Origin: Malacoraja senta
Taxonomy: Eukaryota
Direction: 5' to 3'
DNA: 20,000 nt
Assembly (NCBI GenBank): GCA_038087875.1
Contig: JAXLNO010000110.1
Coordinates: 796,368 to 816,367 of the forward strand
The stretch's first letter is position 1. Every line of letters starts with the position of its first letter. Under the pieces are notes generated by a model. That model saw nothing but the letters and a program-made list of their open reading frames with translations, was not told the DNA's origin and searched no databases. This document shows positions 1-10,989 of this stretch, piece by piece. Made by a program: the position numbers and the translations under genes.

Positions 1-355
1 TTTTAAGGGCTCATGAACCTGCCTAATTAATGGGTCAGGACAGATCCTCTAGATTTCTCCGTTTACTTAACCCCACTGGCTGCCATAGTGGGGAGAGTGG
101 TGGGTAACGGCCATAGTGGGACTGGGGCAGTGCCAGGCTGGGTGACAGACCTGTAAGAGACCTGTCTTATTTCTGATGTAAATGTCACATCCTGGACAAG
201 AACCGAATCCTCTGATGTTTACTCGACGATTATTCATTTTAAGCTACAATGAGCTTATATTTATGTTAGAGACCCCCCGATGGTGCCTTTGCAAATGAGG
301 GCTATTACCTTTAACCTAAAAGAACCCTAAAAGTGCTGCATTGTTTATCTCTAGT

Positions 356-573
356 TTGTGTGTGTGTCTGTGTATACCTTTCAAACGTGTATCTGTGGAT
401 GAGTGGATGTAAGTGTGTATGTACGTGTGGATGGATGTATGTGTGCATGTATGTGTGGATGTGTGTGTGGATGTGTACATGTATGTCTGCGTGTGAATGG
501 ATGTGTGTGTGTGTGGATTTATGTGTGCATGTATGTGTGTGTTTGCATACATGGAAGTGTGCGTGCGGATGGA

Positions 574-604
<31 letters not shown>

Positions 605-618
605 GGATCTGTGGGTGG
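356..618. repeat. Compound (TG)n/(TGTA)n/(TGGA)n microsatellite
   Basis: Directly visible low-complexity TG-rich tract. It explains the His/Thr- and Cys/Val-rich ORFs at 316-675. Confidence 0.95.
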
Positions 619-1071
619 ACTGTCGCAGTCATTCACCAGGTCGCCATTATATTAAGTAATTCACTCATGGTTTAAATAATTTGACCAAATAAACAGTGAA
701 ACGATCGACATTAAAATAAAACTTTATATAATCATTTATTTCCCCAATTTATTTTGTTTACGTTACATCTAATCTTCATCTGAATATTCTTCGTCAGATT
801 CAAAGTCTTTTGAAGTGACGATAGCACTCTGCACGATAACCCGGGATACACTGCTGCCTCCTAATAATAGAAGATAATATGTGTCAGGGAGTATTTTACA
901 TCTTTTCATGTTTTATATTATGTATGACAATTTCGACATATCAATGAGGAAATTAAACATGTATGCATGTCCAGGTAGATGGGATGGCAAGTCTGCAAAT
1001 TATCAAATTAGTATTCATTAAAGCACAGTTCATGTCCGCACAAAACACTTTTGTGTGGACAGGCTCTGAAG

Positions 1072-1460
1072 AGTGGAGGGGCAGAAGCTGCAGAAAAAAA
1101 CCTCTCATATTACTTAGGTCTGCATGGACTTCAATTCATAAAATGTTAATCTCTTCTTAATGTCAATGAGACTTACACTGTAATTTACTGCCATAGATAA
1201 GTTAGTTCAAGTTCAAGTGGAGGAGCAGAGTCCGCAGAATAGCTAGTTAAAGAAACATCTCATAGTACCTAGGTCTGCATGGTCTTCAATTCATAAAATG
1301 TCAACCTCTATTTAATGTCAATGAGACTTACACTGTAATTTACTGCCATTGATAAGTTAGTTCAAGTTCAAGTGGAGGGTCAGGCAAAGGCTACAGAAAA
1401 AAAAATCTCGGTCATTAAGTCTGCATGCAATTCATAAAATTTCAACCTCTTCTTAATGTT
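1072..1460. repeat. Diverged tandem array of ~145-155 bp units (left part; interrupted by L1)
   Basis: Recurrent blocks agtggagg...gtctgcatg...aattcataaaat...ttaatgtcaatgagacttacactgtaatttactgcca...gataagttagttcaagttca, with units starting near 1072, 1216 and 1371. Confidence 0.9.
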
Positions 1461-1808
1461 TAAAAAAAAAAAAATTATTAGAAGTATTGTACAGTACAGT
1501 GATCTCCAATAAACATAAGGTTATACTTTTCTTGTACCACTTCTTATTTTAAACTTTAATAAGAGAAAGGATGGAAAGAGTTAGTAAAGATAGTAAGTGA
1601 GTGATTGAAAGAGTGGTCCAGGAACACCCATATGGACCTAAACCACAAGGAATAGTTTTTAAAAAAAAGGGAAAAACCAAAAGCAGGAAAAAGAAAAAAG
1701 AAAAAGTAAGGTAAGATAGGACAATATAAAAGGGATGTACCTACTTCATATCTTTACTCACCCCTCGCCAGGTCCTGAAACCGTTTATTATCAACATTTT
1801 GTTGCACC

Positions 1809-4800
1809 CTATATTTGTAATAAGTCGATAGATGGAGACCAAATCTTTTGGAATTGGTCTGGTTTACCTGCTAAGAGGAATCTCATATCTTCTAGGTGTA
1901 ACAGTTCCGACATATTAGAAATCCACATTTTTGTCGTTGGCGTGGAAGCGTTTTTCCAAAATTTCAGTATACGTTTTTTTGCCGTTATTAAGTCATAATT
2001 AAGAAATCTCCTTTGAAACGAAGTCAGCTCCAAATTGGCTTCGATTGTTCCAAAAATGATCAGTTCTGCATTCGATTTCAGTTTTATTTTAAATAATTTC
2101 GTGAAAATTTCAAAGATTTCATTCCAAAGTTTTTGGATTTTTATACAAAAAACAAAAGAATGTGCTATAGTTGCTTCTTGGGTTAGACATTTATCACAGA
2201 TAGAAGAGACATTTGGGTAAAGTTTACTTAATTTAGCTTTTGAATAGTATAATCTATGTAAAATTTTAAATTGAATTAGAGTATGTCTTACGTTAATCGA
2301 GCATTTATGGACATAAAATAGGTGTTTTTCCCAACTCTCTTTCGAGATTTTTATAGCTAGTTCTTGTTCCCAATCTCTTCTAATCCTATCAGATGATGGA
2401 ATTTCTATGTTTAAAATGGTATTATACAGGTATGATATTAAATTAGTTGATTCCGCTTTTATATTCATTATCTCGTCTAATAGGTCTGGAGACATATTTT
2501 GATATTCTCGTGTATATTTTTTCAAATAGCCACGTATTTGAAAATATTAAAAATATTGATTACTACTCAAGTTATATTTAAGTTGTAGTTGGTGAAATGT
2601 TAAAAAACTTCCATTATCATACATATCTCCAAACGTTTTAATTCCTAATCTATCCCAGTTTGTAAAAGATTTATCTATCATAGAAGGTATAAACGTAGGG
2701 TTAATTATTATAGGTGAGAGAAGCGATATATTTCTTAATTTTAAAGTTAATTTTATTTGTTTCCAAATTCTAATTGTACTATGAATAATTGGATTTTTAC
2801 TGTATATTGTATTCTTCATTTTTGTTGGTGTGAGAAGGATCGCTCCTATATTAAAAGGTGAACAATCCTCTCTCTCCATTACTATCCAATCCACCTGCTG
2901 GGCCGAATTGTCCAACAGGTGAATCATATTTTTGACATTTGTGGCCCAGTAATAATATAAAAAATTAGGGAGTGATAATCCGCCAGATTCTTTAGGTTTG
3001 CACAGATGTCTTCTTTGGATTCTGTGGGATTTATAGTCCCATATAAAATTTGTAATATCAGCATCCAGTTTTTTAAAATTTAATTTTGGTAAGTATATCG
3101 GTATTGATTGGAATAGATATAAAATTTGTGGTAAAAAGATCATTTTTATAGCATTTATTCGGCCTATAAGAGACATCGGGAGAGTTTTCCAGAATTTAAT
3201 CAGTATGTTTAGTTTATTGAGTAAGGGCATATAGTTTGCATTAAATAAAGATTTATATTTTCTAGTAATTTCGATTCCCAAATATTTAAATTTTTCTGAA
3301 GCGATTTTAAAAGTGAATTTTAACAGGTGTGTTGGGTCTTGCGGTTTTATCTTCATAATTTTGCTTTTATTCCAATTTATTCTATATCCTGAAAAGGATC
3401 CAAATTCCTCTATTAAATTTAATATATTTGGTATATTGATTTGTGATTTTTGATATATAGTAGTACATCATCTGGTTATAATGATATCTTATTATTTGAA
3501 TATTTTGTATTATAACCATGGATGTTCGGATGTATTCTAATACTTTCCGCTAACGGTTCTATTACAAGAGCAAATAGCAGAGGTGATAGTGAACATCCCT
3601 GTCTATGTCCCCTTGATGATTGAAATTTCAGGGACAAAATATTATTAGTTAATATTCTGGCAGTAGGCCTATCATATAATAATTTTACCCAAGCGATAAA
3701 ATTCTCTCCCATTTGAAATGTTTGCAATACTTTGACAAGGTAATCCCATTCCACTTGATCGAATGCTTTTTCTGCGTCCAGTGAAATAATTGATAAGTCT
3801 TGTTCTTCGGTTTTATATGAATGCATTATATTAAACAGACATCTCAGATTATTAATAATAATAATAATAATACATTTTATTTGTGGGCGCCTATACCAAA
3901 GTCTCAAGGACACCTTACAGAGTTAACAAAGAAACAATTAATCGGGATAAAATAAGTTATAAAGACATCACAATTACACAAATGAAAGACAGAATTCAAT
4001 CCAAAGACACAAAAAAAAGAAAATCAGAAACACAATGTGAGGAGAGAGCAGCGGCAGCTAAACCGCGCCAGCGTCCACTCTCCCCTCCGACCGCCATCTT
4101 GGACACAGACTAACATAGACACAACATACAAAAAATATCCCCCCACAATGGTTTCCACTGTGGGGGAAGGCACAATGTCCAGTCCCCAACCCCAGTTCAC
4201 CCAAAGTCAGGCCTATTGAGGCCTCCGCTATTGCCTCTATGGAGGCCCGATGTTCCTGGCCGTTCTCACCGGGTGATGTTGCCCCGGCGTCGAGAGAGTC
4301 CTCTAGCGGCTGGGCCACCTGGAACGGCCGCATCCCTCACCGGAGGCCGCGGCTTCCGAAGCCGACAAGGCTGCGCCGGTTTGGAGCTCCACGGCTCCTG
4401 ATGTTAAAGTCGGCGCCGCCAGATCCTCTCCGCAGTCCCGCAGCCCGGAGGTGTTGACCTCGGCGGTCACAGCTCACCGGAGCTCCAGCGCGTCGATCCA
4501 GCGCGGCGACCTAGGCAAGGCATCGCCCGCTACGCTCCACGACAGCGCTCCAGCGCTGTGCCGCCACCGAAGCCGCCACCGAAGCCGAGGTGCAGGGTGG
4601 TTCCCGCCAGGAAACGGCACTCCAGGCCCGCTGGTAGGCCACGAGGACGGGTCGACGGGGCAGCCCGGAGAAAAAGCTGCCTCACCGACCAGGTAGGGAC
4701 GTAGAAATGTCGTTGCCCCCTTCGCCAAACATTAAAAAGTAGAGTAGCTCCTACAAACAAAACGGAGACTCACTGAAATTGTTTTAAAAAAGTGATTTAA

Positions 4801-6584
4801 ACGGACGACTGCTGGTTAGCAGCTGTTCCCCAAGATGGCTCCTCTTGGGGAATATCTCTTGGGTATAAACCCCGTTTGATCCGGATTTATTAATTTACTA
4901 ACATAATTACTTAATCTTCTAGCTAATGTTTTCGCTAATATTTTTTGATCTGTATTTAACAGCGCAATATAAGAACCCGGGTCTTCTAAATCTTTAACTT
5001 TTTCAGGTATAAGTGTAATCGTTGATTCCGCTAGTGTTTCTGGAAGTGTATGTTCTTTAAAAGCATATGTATACATTTTATGTAGCCGTGGTGTAATTAT
5101 CACGTAGAATCTTTTATAAAATTCATTACTAAAACCATCTGGTCCTGGTGTTTTTCCATTCTTTAATGTATTTATTGTTTCTTCTATTTCCTTAGTTGAG
5201 ATTTCTGCACCTAATTCCTCTTGTTCACTCACATTGAGTTTTGGGAGATTACAATTATCCAGGAACTCTCTAACTTTGGTACTATCTGCTAACGCTTTAG
5301 ATGTGTATAAATTTTGATAAAATTGTGCGGATCTTTTATTAATATCCTTAGGTAGTGTTAACAATTCCCCTTTGTCTGATTTAATCTTTAAAATCGTGTG
5401 ATCTTTTTCCCGTTTTTTCAGTTGTCGGGCCAAAAGTTTGTGTGGTTTATCCCCAAATTCAAAATTTTCCTGTTTTGTAATTTGAAATAATCTAATGACA
5501 TTTGCTGATAATATTTTGTTTAATTTAAATTTCAATATTGTTATTTTATTATGTTTATCTATAGTTGGCTCTTTAGCAATATCTAATTCCAATTCTCTAA
5601 TTCGTTCTTCTAACTGCCTTTGTTCATTCTTATTCTTTTTATTTAGAAAAGCTTGGGATGAGATTATAGATCCTCTAATAAATGCGTTGAATGATTCCCA
5701 TGGTAAAGTTGGTGAGATCTCTGGTGTATCATAAATCTTTAAAAAAAGTTCCATCTGTTGTTTTAGATATACTTCCCCTTGTGGATCATTTAGGATTTGA
5801 GGATTAAACCTCCAAAACGATTTATTAGAAGGCATTCCTTCTAATTAAAAAAAAAAAGTTAACGGGGAATGATCAGAAATTATACTATTGTGGTATTTTG
5901 GGTTCAATGTATAAGGAATTAGTTTTGTATCCACTAGAAAATAGTCGATACGTGAATACGTTTTGTGTACCATTGAATAAAACGGGTATTCCCTTCCAAC
6001 AGGGTTAGCGATCCTCCAGACATCTGTTATATTTGTTTTTTAATGTATGTATTTAAGATTTCCCTGGTTTTAGATTTTGTGTTGCCCCTGTTCTGTTGTG
6101 AAGATTTATCCAAGTATGGATCTAAAACACAGTTAAAGTCTCCCCCAATTATCACATTTTGTTAATTGAACTCTGTAATTACATTCAGGATTTTATTAAA
6201 GAATTGGGGATTATCTAAATTAGGCGCATAAATATTTACCAAGGTAATTGGAGTAGCATGAATCTCTCTGGTAACAATAAGGTATCTCCCTTCCTTATCT
6301 ATTATGATATTCTTTGATTTAAATGGTATACCTTTTCGAATAATAATTGCTGTGCCTCTAGATTTGGAAATATATGAAGATTGGTATGTTTGGCCTATCC
6401 AGTTTGCCTTCAATCTAGCTTGAGCTTGCAGTTTCAAATTAGTTTCTTGTAGAAATATTATGTCCGAATTGAGCGACTTCAATTGTGCAAAAATCGTACT
6501 CCTTTTAATTGGTTCATTAGCACCCCTGATATTCCAACTGCAGAATGTGATTCCTCCAAATTTCTTTTGTTTATCGTCTTGCAT
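1809..6584 (-). pseudogene. L1 ORF2 (APE endonuclease + reverse transcriptase + C-terminal Cys-rich region), broken by stops, frameshifts and one insertion
   Basis: ORF pieces give SWNIRG, IIFLQET, LVNIYAPN, IIGGDFN, ISDHSP (APE); KTPGPDGF, DQTGFI, SLDAEKAFD, RQGCSLSPLLF, FKYLGI, GGLSLPN (RT); and CDKC...HSFVFC (C-terminal). A stop at 6162 and several frameshifts interrupt it. Confidence 0.95.
3854..4844 (-). mobile_element. ~1-kb non-coding GC-rich non-autonomous retroposon with L2-type 3' tail (copy 1), inserted in L1 RT
   Basis: Splits L1 ORF2 between GFIPKRYS and NNLRCLFNIM. On -, it starts GAGGAGCCATCTTG and ends TGTAAGGTGTCCTTGAG...AGGCGCC...AATAAAATGTA(TTA)n, a typical L2 3' end. Colinear with copy 2. 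Confidence 0.85.
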
Positions 6585-6675
6585 TTTAAATTATTTAATA
6601 CCTTTTAAACATGTGGTCCAACCAATACCTCAGGTCTCTGGCTGTTGGGGGAGCATTTGCATTATTAAATTCAGT

Positions 6676-7711
6676 TAATAATAATAATAATGAATTTTAT
6701 TTACGGGCGCCTTATACCGAGGTCTCAAGGACACCTTACAGAGATTTATAGGAAACATATAATCAGAATTTAAAAAATAAGTTATAAAGACCAATACACA
6801 AATCAGGGACAGAATTCCTTCCAAAAAGACAAAAAAAGAAAATCAGAAGCACAATTTGAGGAGAGAGCAGCGGCAACGAAACCGCGCCAGCGTCCACTCT
6901 CCCCTCCGACCGCCATCTTGAACACAGACTAACAAATACAATTACAAACAATTACATACAAAAATCATCCCCCCACAGTGATTTCCACTGTGGGGGAAGG
7001 CACAATGTCCAGTCCCCAGCCCCAGTTCACCCAGAAAAAGTCAGGCCAAATGAGGCCCCCGCTATTGCCTCTACGGAGGCCCGATGATCCTGGCCGTTCT
7101 CGCCGGGTGATGTAGCCCCGGCGTCGGGAGAGTCCTCCAGCAGCTGGGCCACCTGGATCGGCCGCATCCCTCACCGGAGGCCGTAACTACGGCTGGAACG
7201 GCTGATTTCCCGCAGGCGTCCGCAGCACCTGAAGCCGACAAGGCCGCGCCGATTTGGAGCTCAAGGCTCCCGATGTTGGAGTCGGCGCCGCCGCCCGCGG
7301 ATGGTCGCTCCACAGTCCCGCAGCCCGGAGGTGTTGAGCTCGGCGGTCCAGCTCACCGGAGCTCCAGCGCGTCGATCCAGCGCGGCGACCCAGGCAAGGC
7401 ATCGCCCGCTCCGCTGCGCAATAGCGCTCCAGCGCCGTGCCGCCACCGAAGCTGAGGGTGCTGTGCGGTCCCCGCCAGGAAACGCCGCTCCACGCCGCTG
7501 GTAGGCCGCGAGGACAGGTCGACTGGGCAGCCGGAGAGAAGGCTGCCTCACCGACCAGGTAGTGACCGGGAAGTGATTTCTCCTTGATCCCCCCACATCA
7601 AAAGGCAAAATAAATAAAAACAAAGACTTAAAGAAAACTAAAAAAACTTGGTAAAAAGGTACAATTAACGGACGGCTGCTGTTTTGCAGCCGTTCCTCAA
7701 GATGGCTCCTC
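6676..7711 (-). mobile_element. ~1-kb non-coding GC-rich non-autonomous retroposon with L2-type 3' tail (copy 2), inserted in L1 inter-ORF spacer
   Basis: Same 5' start (GAGGAGCCATCTTG), same internal blocks and same (TTA)n L2-type tail as 3854-4844, but visibly diverged from it. Confidence 0.85.
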
Positions 7712-7745
7712 AAGAGCCATCTTGAGGAACGGCTGCAAAACAGCA
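7677..7745. repeat. Perfect 32-bp inverted repeat with 5-nt loop at the 5' end of copy 2
   Basis: tgctgttttgcagccgttcctcaagatggctc (7677-7708), loop ctcaa, then its exact reverse complement (7714-7745). Confidence 0.97.
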
Positions 7746-8710
7746 TTGTTACATCCCTCTTAAAATTGTCCTTAAACAAAGAAACAAAAAAGTGTAAATT
7801 ATTGTGACATTAAAAAAAATCAAAAAAGTGAGGTTACAGTGTCTAAAAATGACGACACTGTAACCGATCATCCACCTAATGGTGGTAGTTACATATTTAT
7901 TGACTTCCGTAGTTATTAATCTACATTTAGCTCCGTCCCCTTGAATAATGTTGCAAAAAGGAGTTGGAGCCAATTCAAAGCCAAATTTTATATATCACCA
8001 TTACCATATCGATATATCTAATTAAATTTTCTCGAATCTCCAATCTTATCTACCATTTACTTATGTTAACATTTATTACATTTTCTTCCCCTTCCATACT
8101 AATCAGCCGTTGGTTGGAAGGGGTTAACCCGATTCAGGCACTTGGCTATTTGCCAAGATTCTGAATCTCCTCACCTCCTTCCAAGCATAATTTGAACTGA
8201 ATCCTATTATATTTTCTAAATACGTTTTTTAATCTGTTATAAATCTATTTCCTTATATTTAGCCCCCCTCCTCCCCTGCCCGGGTGGGTCAATCCTTATA
8301 ATGGGTTATTACATTTTACCGTTTGAGCGATTCGTTTTTAATTCAATAACTATTACTGTTAATATATTAATTTCATTAGCTTTAATTACTATTACTATGT
8401 TAGTTCAGTAGTTTCTGTGTTAGTATAAGATTAGTATAGGGTTAAAATTTTAACAGTCTTTCATTCAGGAATTTTTATTTTCCAGTCCGTCTGCGTTAGG
8501 TTCCTCATTCAGCCACGCCCTTGTAATTCCATCTTTCGCTCGAGCTGGAACCATAAGTGTCCTTGAAAAGATAAGGTGTCTAGACAGCGGCACATGGAGT
8601 AGCTCCGCCATCTTAATCCTTTTTAAGAGTTTAAAAAGTTATCTATATCAACCTTCCCTCAGCTGGTGTCTGCAGAATAAAAACCTTGTCTTGAAGATGT
8701 GATGTTTTAC

Positions 8711-8914
8711 TTAATCAGCTATATATTTTAAAATGTCTTGAGCGTATTTGTAAGCAGCTTCTGGTTCATTAAACTTACGTTCGATACCATTATATGTAAT
8801 AATCATTTTAGCTGGATAAATTATCCCAAATCTGATGTTCGTGCCCTTTCAAGATCTGTCGTATGTTTGTAAACGATTCTCGTTTTTTAGCGACTTCATA
8901 GGGATATTCATAGA
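8711..8914 (-). pseudogene. L1 ORF1p C-terminal domain remnant (one frameshift)
   Basis: Manual translation gives YPYEVAKKRESFTNIRQILK/TNIRFGIIYPAKMIITYNGIERKFNEPEAAYKYAQDILKYIAD*. This matches the L1 ORF1 CTD pattern (KR..F...; YPA.L; G....F..P..A). Confidence 0.8.
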
Positions 8915-9121
8915 AACCTCTATTTAATGTCAATGAGACTAACACTGTAATTTACTACCATTGATAAGTTAGTTCAAGTTCAAGTGGAGGGTCAGGCAGA
9001 GGCTACAGAAAAAAAAATCTCAGTCATTAAGTCTGCATGCAATTCATAGAATTTCAACCTCTTCTTAATGTTAATGAGAATAACAATAGGTTACTACCAT
9101 AGAAAAATTAGTTCAAGTTCA
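8915..9121. repeat. Right part of the ~150-bp tandem array; 8915-9072 duplicates 1303-1460
   Basis: By-eye alignment gives 158 bp with 5 substitutions and no indels relative to 1303-1460. Confidence 0.92.
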
Positions 9122-9525
9122 CATACACCAATTCATTTCTACAGAAACATCAACCATTTCTGACCAGTTCTCACTCCAATGGAAACCTATAAAGTGCGAT
9201 CAATATCCCTCCGTTTTTCACCCGTGGTCGGGGCCTGGAAATTGGCTGCTACGGACGGCACTGTGCACAGCCTCCCCCCCCCGCGGAGATGATCCAAACA
9301 CACCCCGCTGCTCCGCGTTCGCGAATCGTCCGCTTCTTAATTGAGACCGCGGGTTCACTATATTAAGTACATAGGCCCCGCGGTCGGAGCACTTTTTCCC
9401 GGTAAGTTATCGCAGGCAGCTCCGAGATTAGATATTAAAGACTTATTAGACTACAACAAGCTGACATCAGTGAAAATGTGTAATTTACTGTGTTATGGAT
9501 ACACATAGTGTAGGCCCTCAACTTC

Positions 9526-9948
9526 ATGAATGAATGAATGAATGAGTGAATGAATGAACGAATGAATGAATGAATGAATGAATGAGTGAATGAGTGAGTG
9601 AATGAGTGAGCGAATGAGTGAATGAATGAGTGAGTAAATGAGTGAGTGAATGAGTGAATGAATGAGTGAATGAATGAGTGAGTGAATGAGTGAGTGAATG
9701 AGTGAGTGAATGAGTGAATGAATGAGTGAGTGAATGAGGGAATGAATGAGTGAATGAATGAGTGAGTGAATGAGTGAGCGAATGAGTGAATGCATGAGTG
9801 AGTAAATGAGTGAGTGAATGAGTGAATGAATGAGTGAGTGAATGAGTGAATGAATGAGTGAATGAGTGAGTGAATGAGCGAGTGAGTGAATGAGTGAGTG
9901 AATGAGTGAATGAATGAATTAATGAATGAGTGAATGAGTGATTGAATG
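9526..9948. repeat. (GAAT/GAGT)n tetranucleotide microsatellite
   Basis: Directly visible. It explains the HSLI and THSF repeat ORFs. Confidence 0.97.
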
Positions 9949-10612
9949 TACAGCCTCCAAATCTCATTCTTTCACATTATAAAAGGGTGCAATTAAATTA
10001 ATTAAAGTCCATACAGATAGATTTTCATAAATTCAGACTTTAGATCTTACCTTTTAGTTCCAGTTGATTCACAAAGTTTGACTGGTTTCACGTTTGTGTT
10101 GCAGCACCTCAGCAGCGACTTTGCTTTCAAAGCTTTGTTCCACCTATCCACTTAGCAGCAGACTTTGTTCCACCTATCCACTTCAGACTTCTTAATGCTT
10201 TTCTCACTAAATTCAATTACCCTGCTGCAAGTTTCCACGACATGTATTCCACAGAACTACAAAGAACCTTCATCCGAATCTCCAGTAATACAGTCATCAG
10301 TGAAGTCCTCTCAGCCATGATGTGGGCTCCCTGCCTAGCTAGCCTGAAACAAAGCGCGTGATTGGCCAACTGGCATACAACTCAATGTTAAACGTGCTTT
10401 GATTGGACTAAAAATACCCCGACAATTTTCCGGGTTTTCTCTAATTTAATAAAAAAATGTGCAAGTCTTGTTCATGACGAGTTTCAGGGGTGATTTATAT
10501 AATATTTTTACACAATATGTGAACATTTCATGTGGTTCGGTAACTTGGGTCACGAAACACTGGAATAAAGCTCCTCGGCCCACAGCATACAAGGTGTATA
10601 AAACTTTTGACA

Positions 10613-10826
10613 TGGTGGCGTTGTTACAAAACCTACCATCAGTGGCGCTGTGCTATTGTGGCGTGGTTACAAAACCTACCATCGGTGGCGCTGTGCTATT
10701 GTGGCGTGGTTACAAAACCTACCATCGGTGGCGCTGTGCTATTGTGGCGTGGTTACAAAACCTACCATCGGTGGCGCTGTGCTATTGTGGCGTGGTTACA
10801 AAACCTACCATCGGTGGCGCTGTGCT
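10613..10826. repeat. 43-bp minisatellite, ~5 near-identical copies
   Basis: Unit ggttacaaaacctaccatcggtggcgctgtgctattgtggcgt; ttacaaaacc recurs at 10624, 10667, 10710, 10753 and 10796. Confidence 0.95.
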
Positions 10827-10989
10827 TGCGATTCCAGAGGCTTTTGTGGTGTGGGGGGGGGGGGGATTAAAACGCAGGTGAGGTTTATATTCGTTGTGGA
10901 GAGGAATTTGCTTCAAAGATCCATGGATCCTTGGAAGTGCAGGACAAAGCAAAAGGTATATAGTTTATTTAACCCTTTCCCCCCGCCGA

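Larger units (their letters stand above)
1461..8914 (-). mobile_element. L1-clade LINE, 5'-truncated within ORF1, decayed, with two nested insertions
   Basis: ORF1 C-terminal remnant, long inter-ORF spacer, ORF2 with APE endonuclease and RT motifs, and a ~350-bp 3' UTR. Flanked by a 158-bp direct repeat (1303-1460 / 8915-9072). Confidence 0.95.

Noticed and set aside
82..118. gccatagtg twice, resembling a Transib/Chapaev CACTATGG terminus
   Set aside because: Too short, with no partner TIR or transposase in the window.
316..675. His/Thr- and Cys/Val-rich ORFs
   Set aside because: They are translations of a TG microsatellite.
6974..6992. CACAGTG heptamers on both strands as V(D)J RSS or Transib ends
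   Set aside because: No nonamer at 12 or 23 bp spacing; they are the arms of an internal hairpin.
4058..7779. ORFs within the two GC-rich ~1-kb elements
   Set aside because: Frames are not conserved between the copies (indels) and there are no recognisable motifs.
9493..9967. HSLI/THSF repeat ORFs
   Set aside because: They are translations of a (GAAT/GAGT)n microsatellite.
10613..10826. CRISPR-like regular repeats
   Set aside because: Head-to-tail identical units with no unique spacers, no cas genes and a eukaryotic context.
10969..10980. TTAA-CCCTTT piggyBac-like end
   Set aside because: No matching AAGGG-TTAA end downstream and no piggyBac coding remnant.
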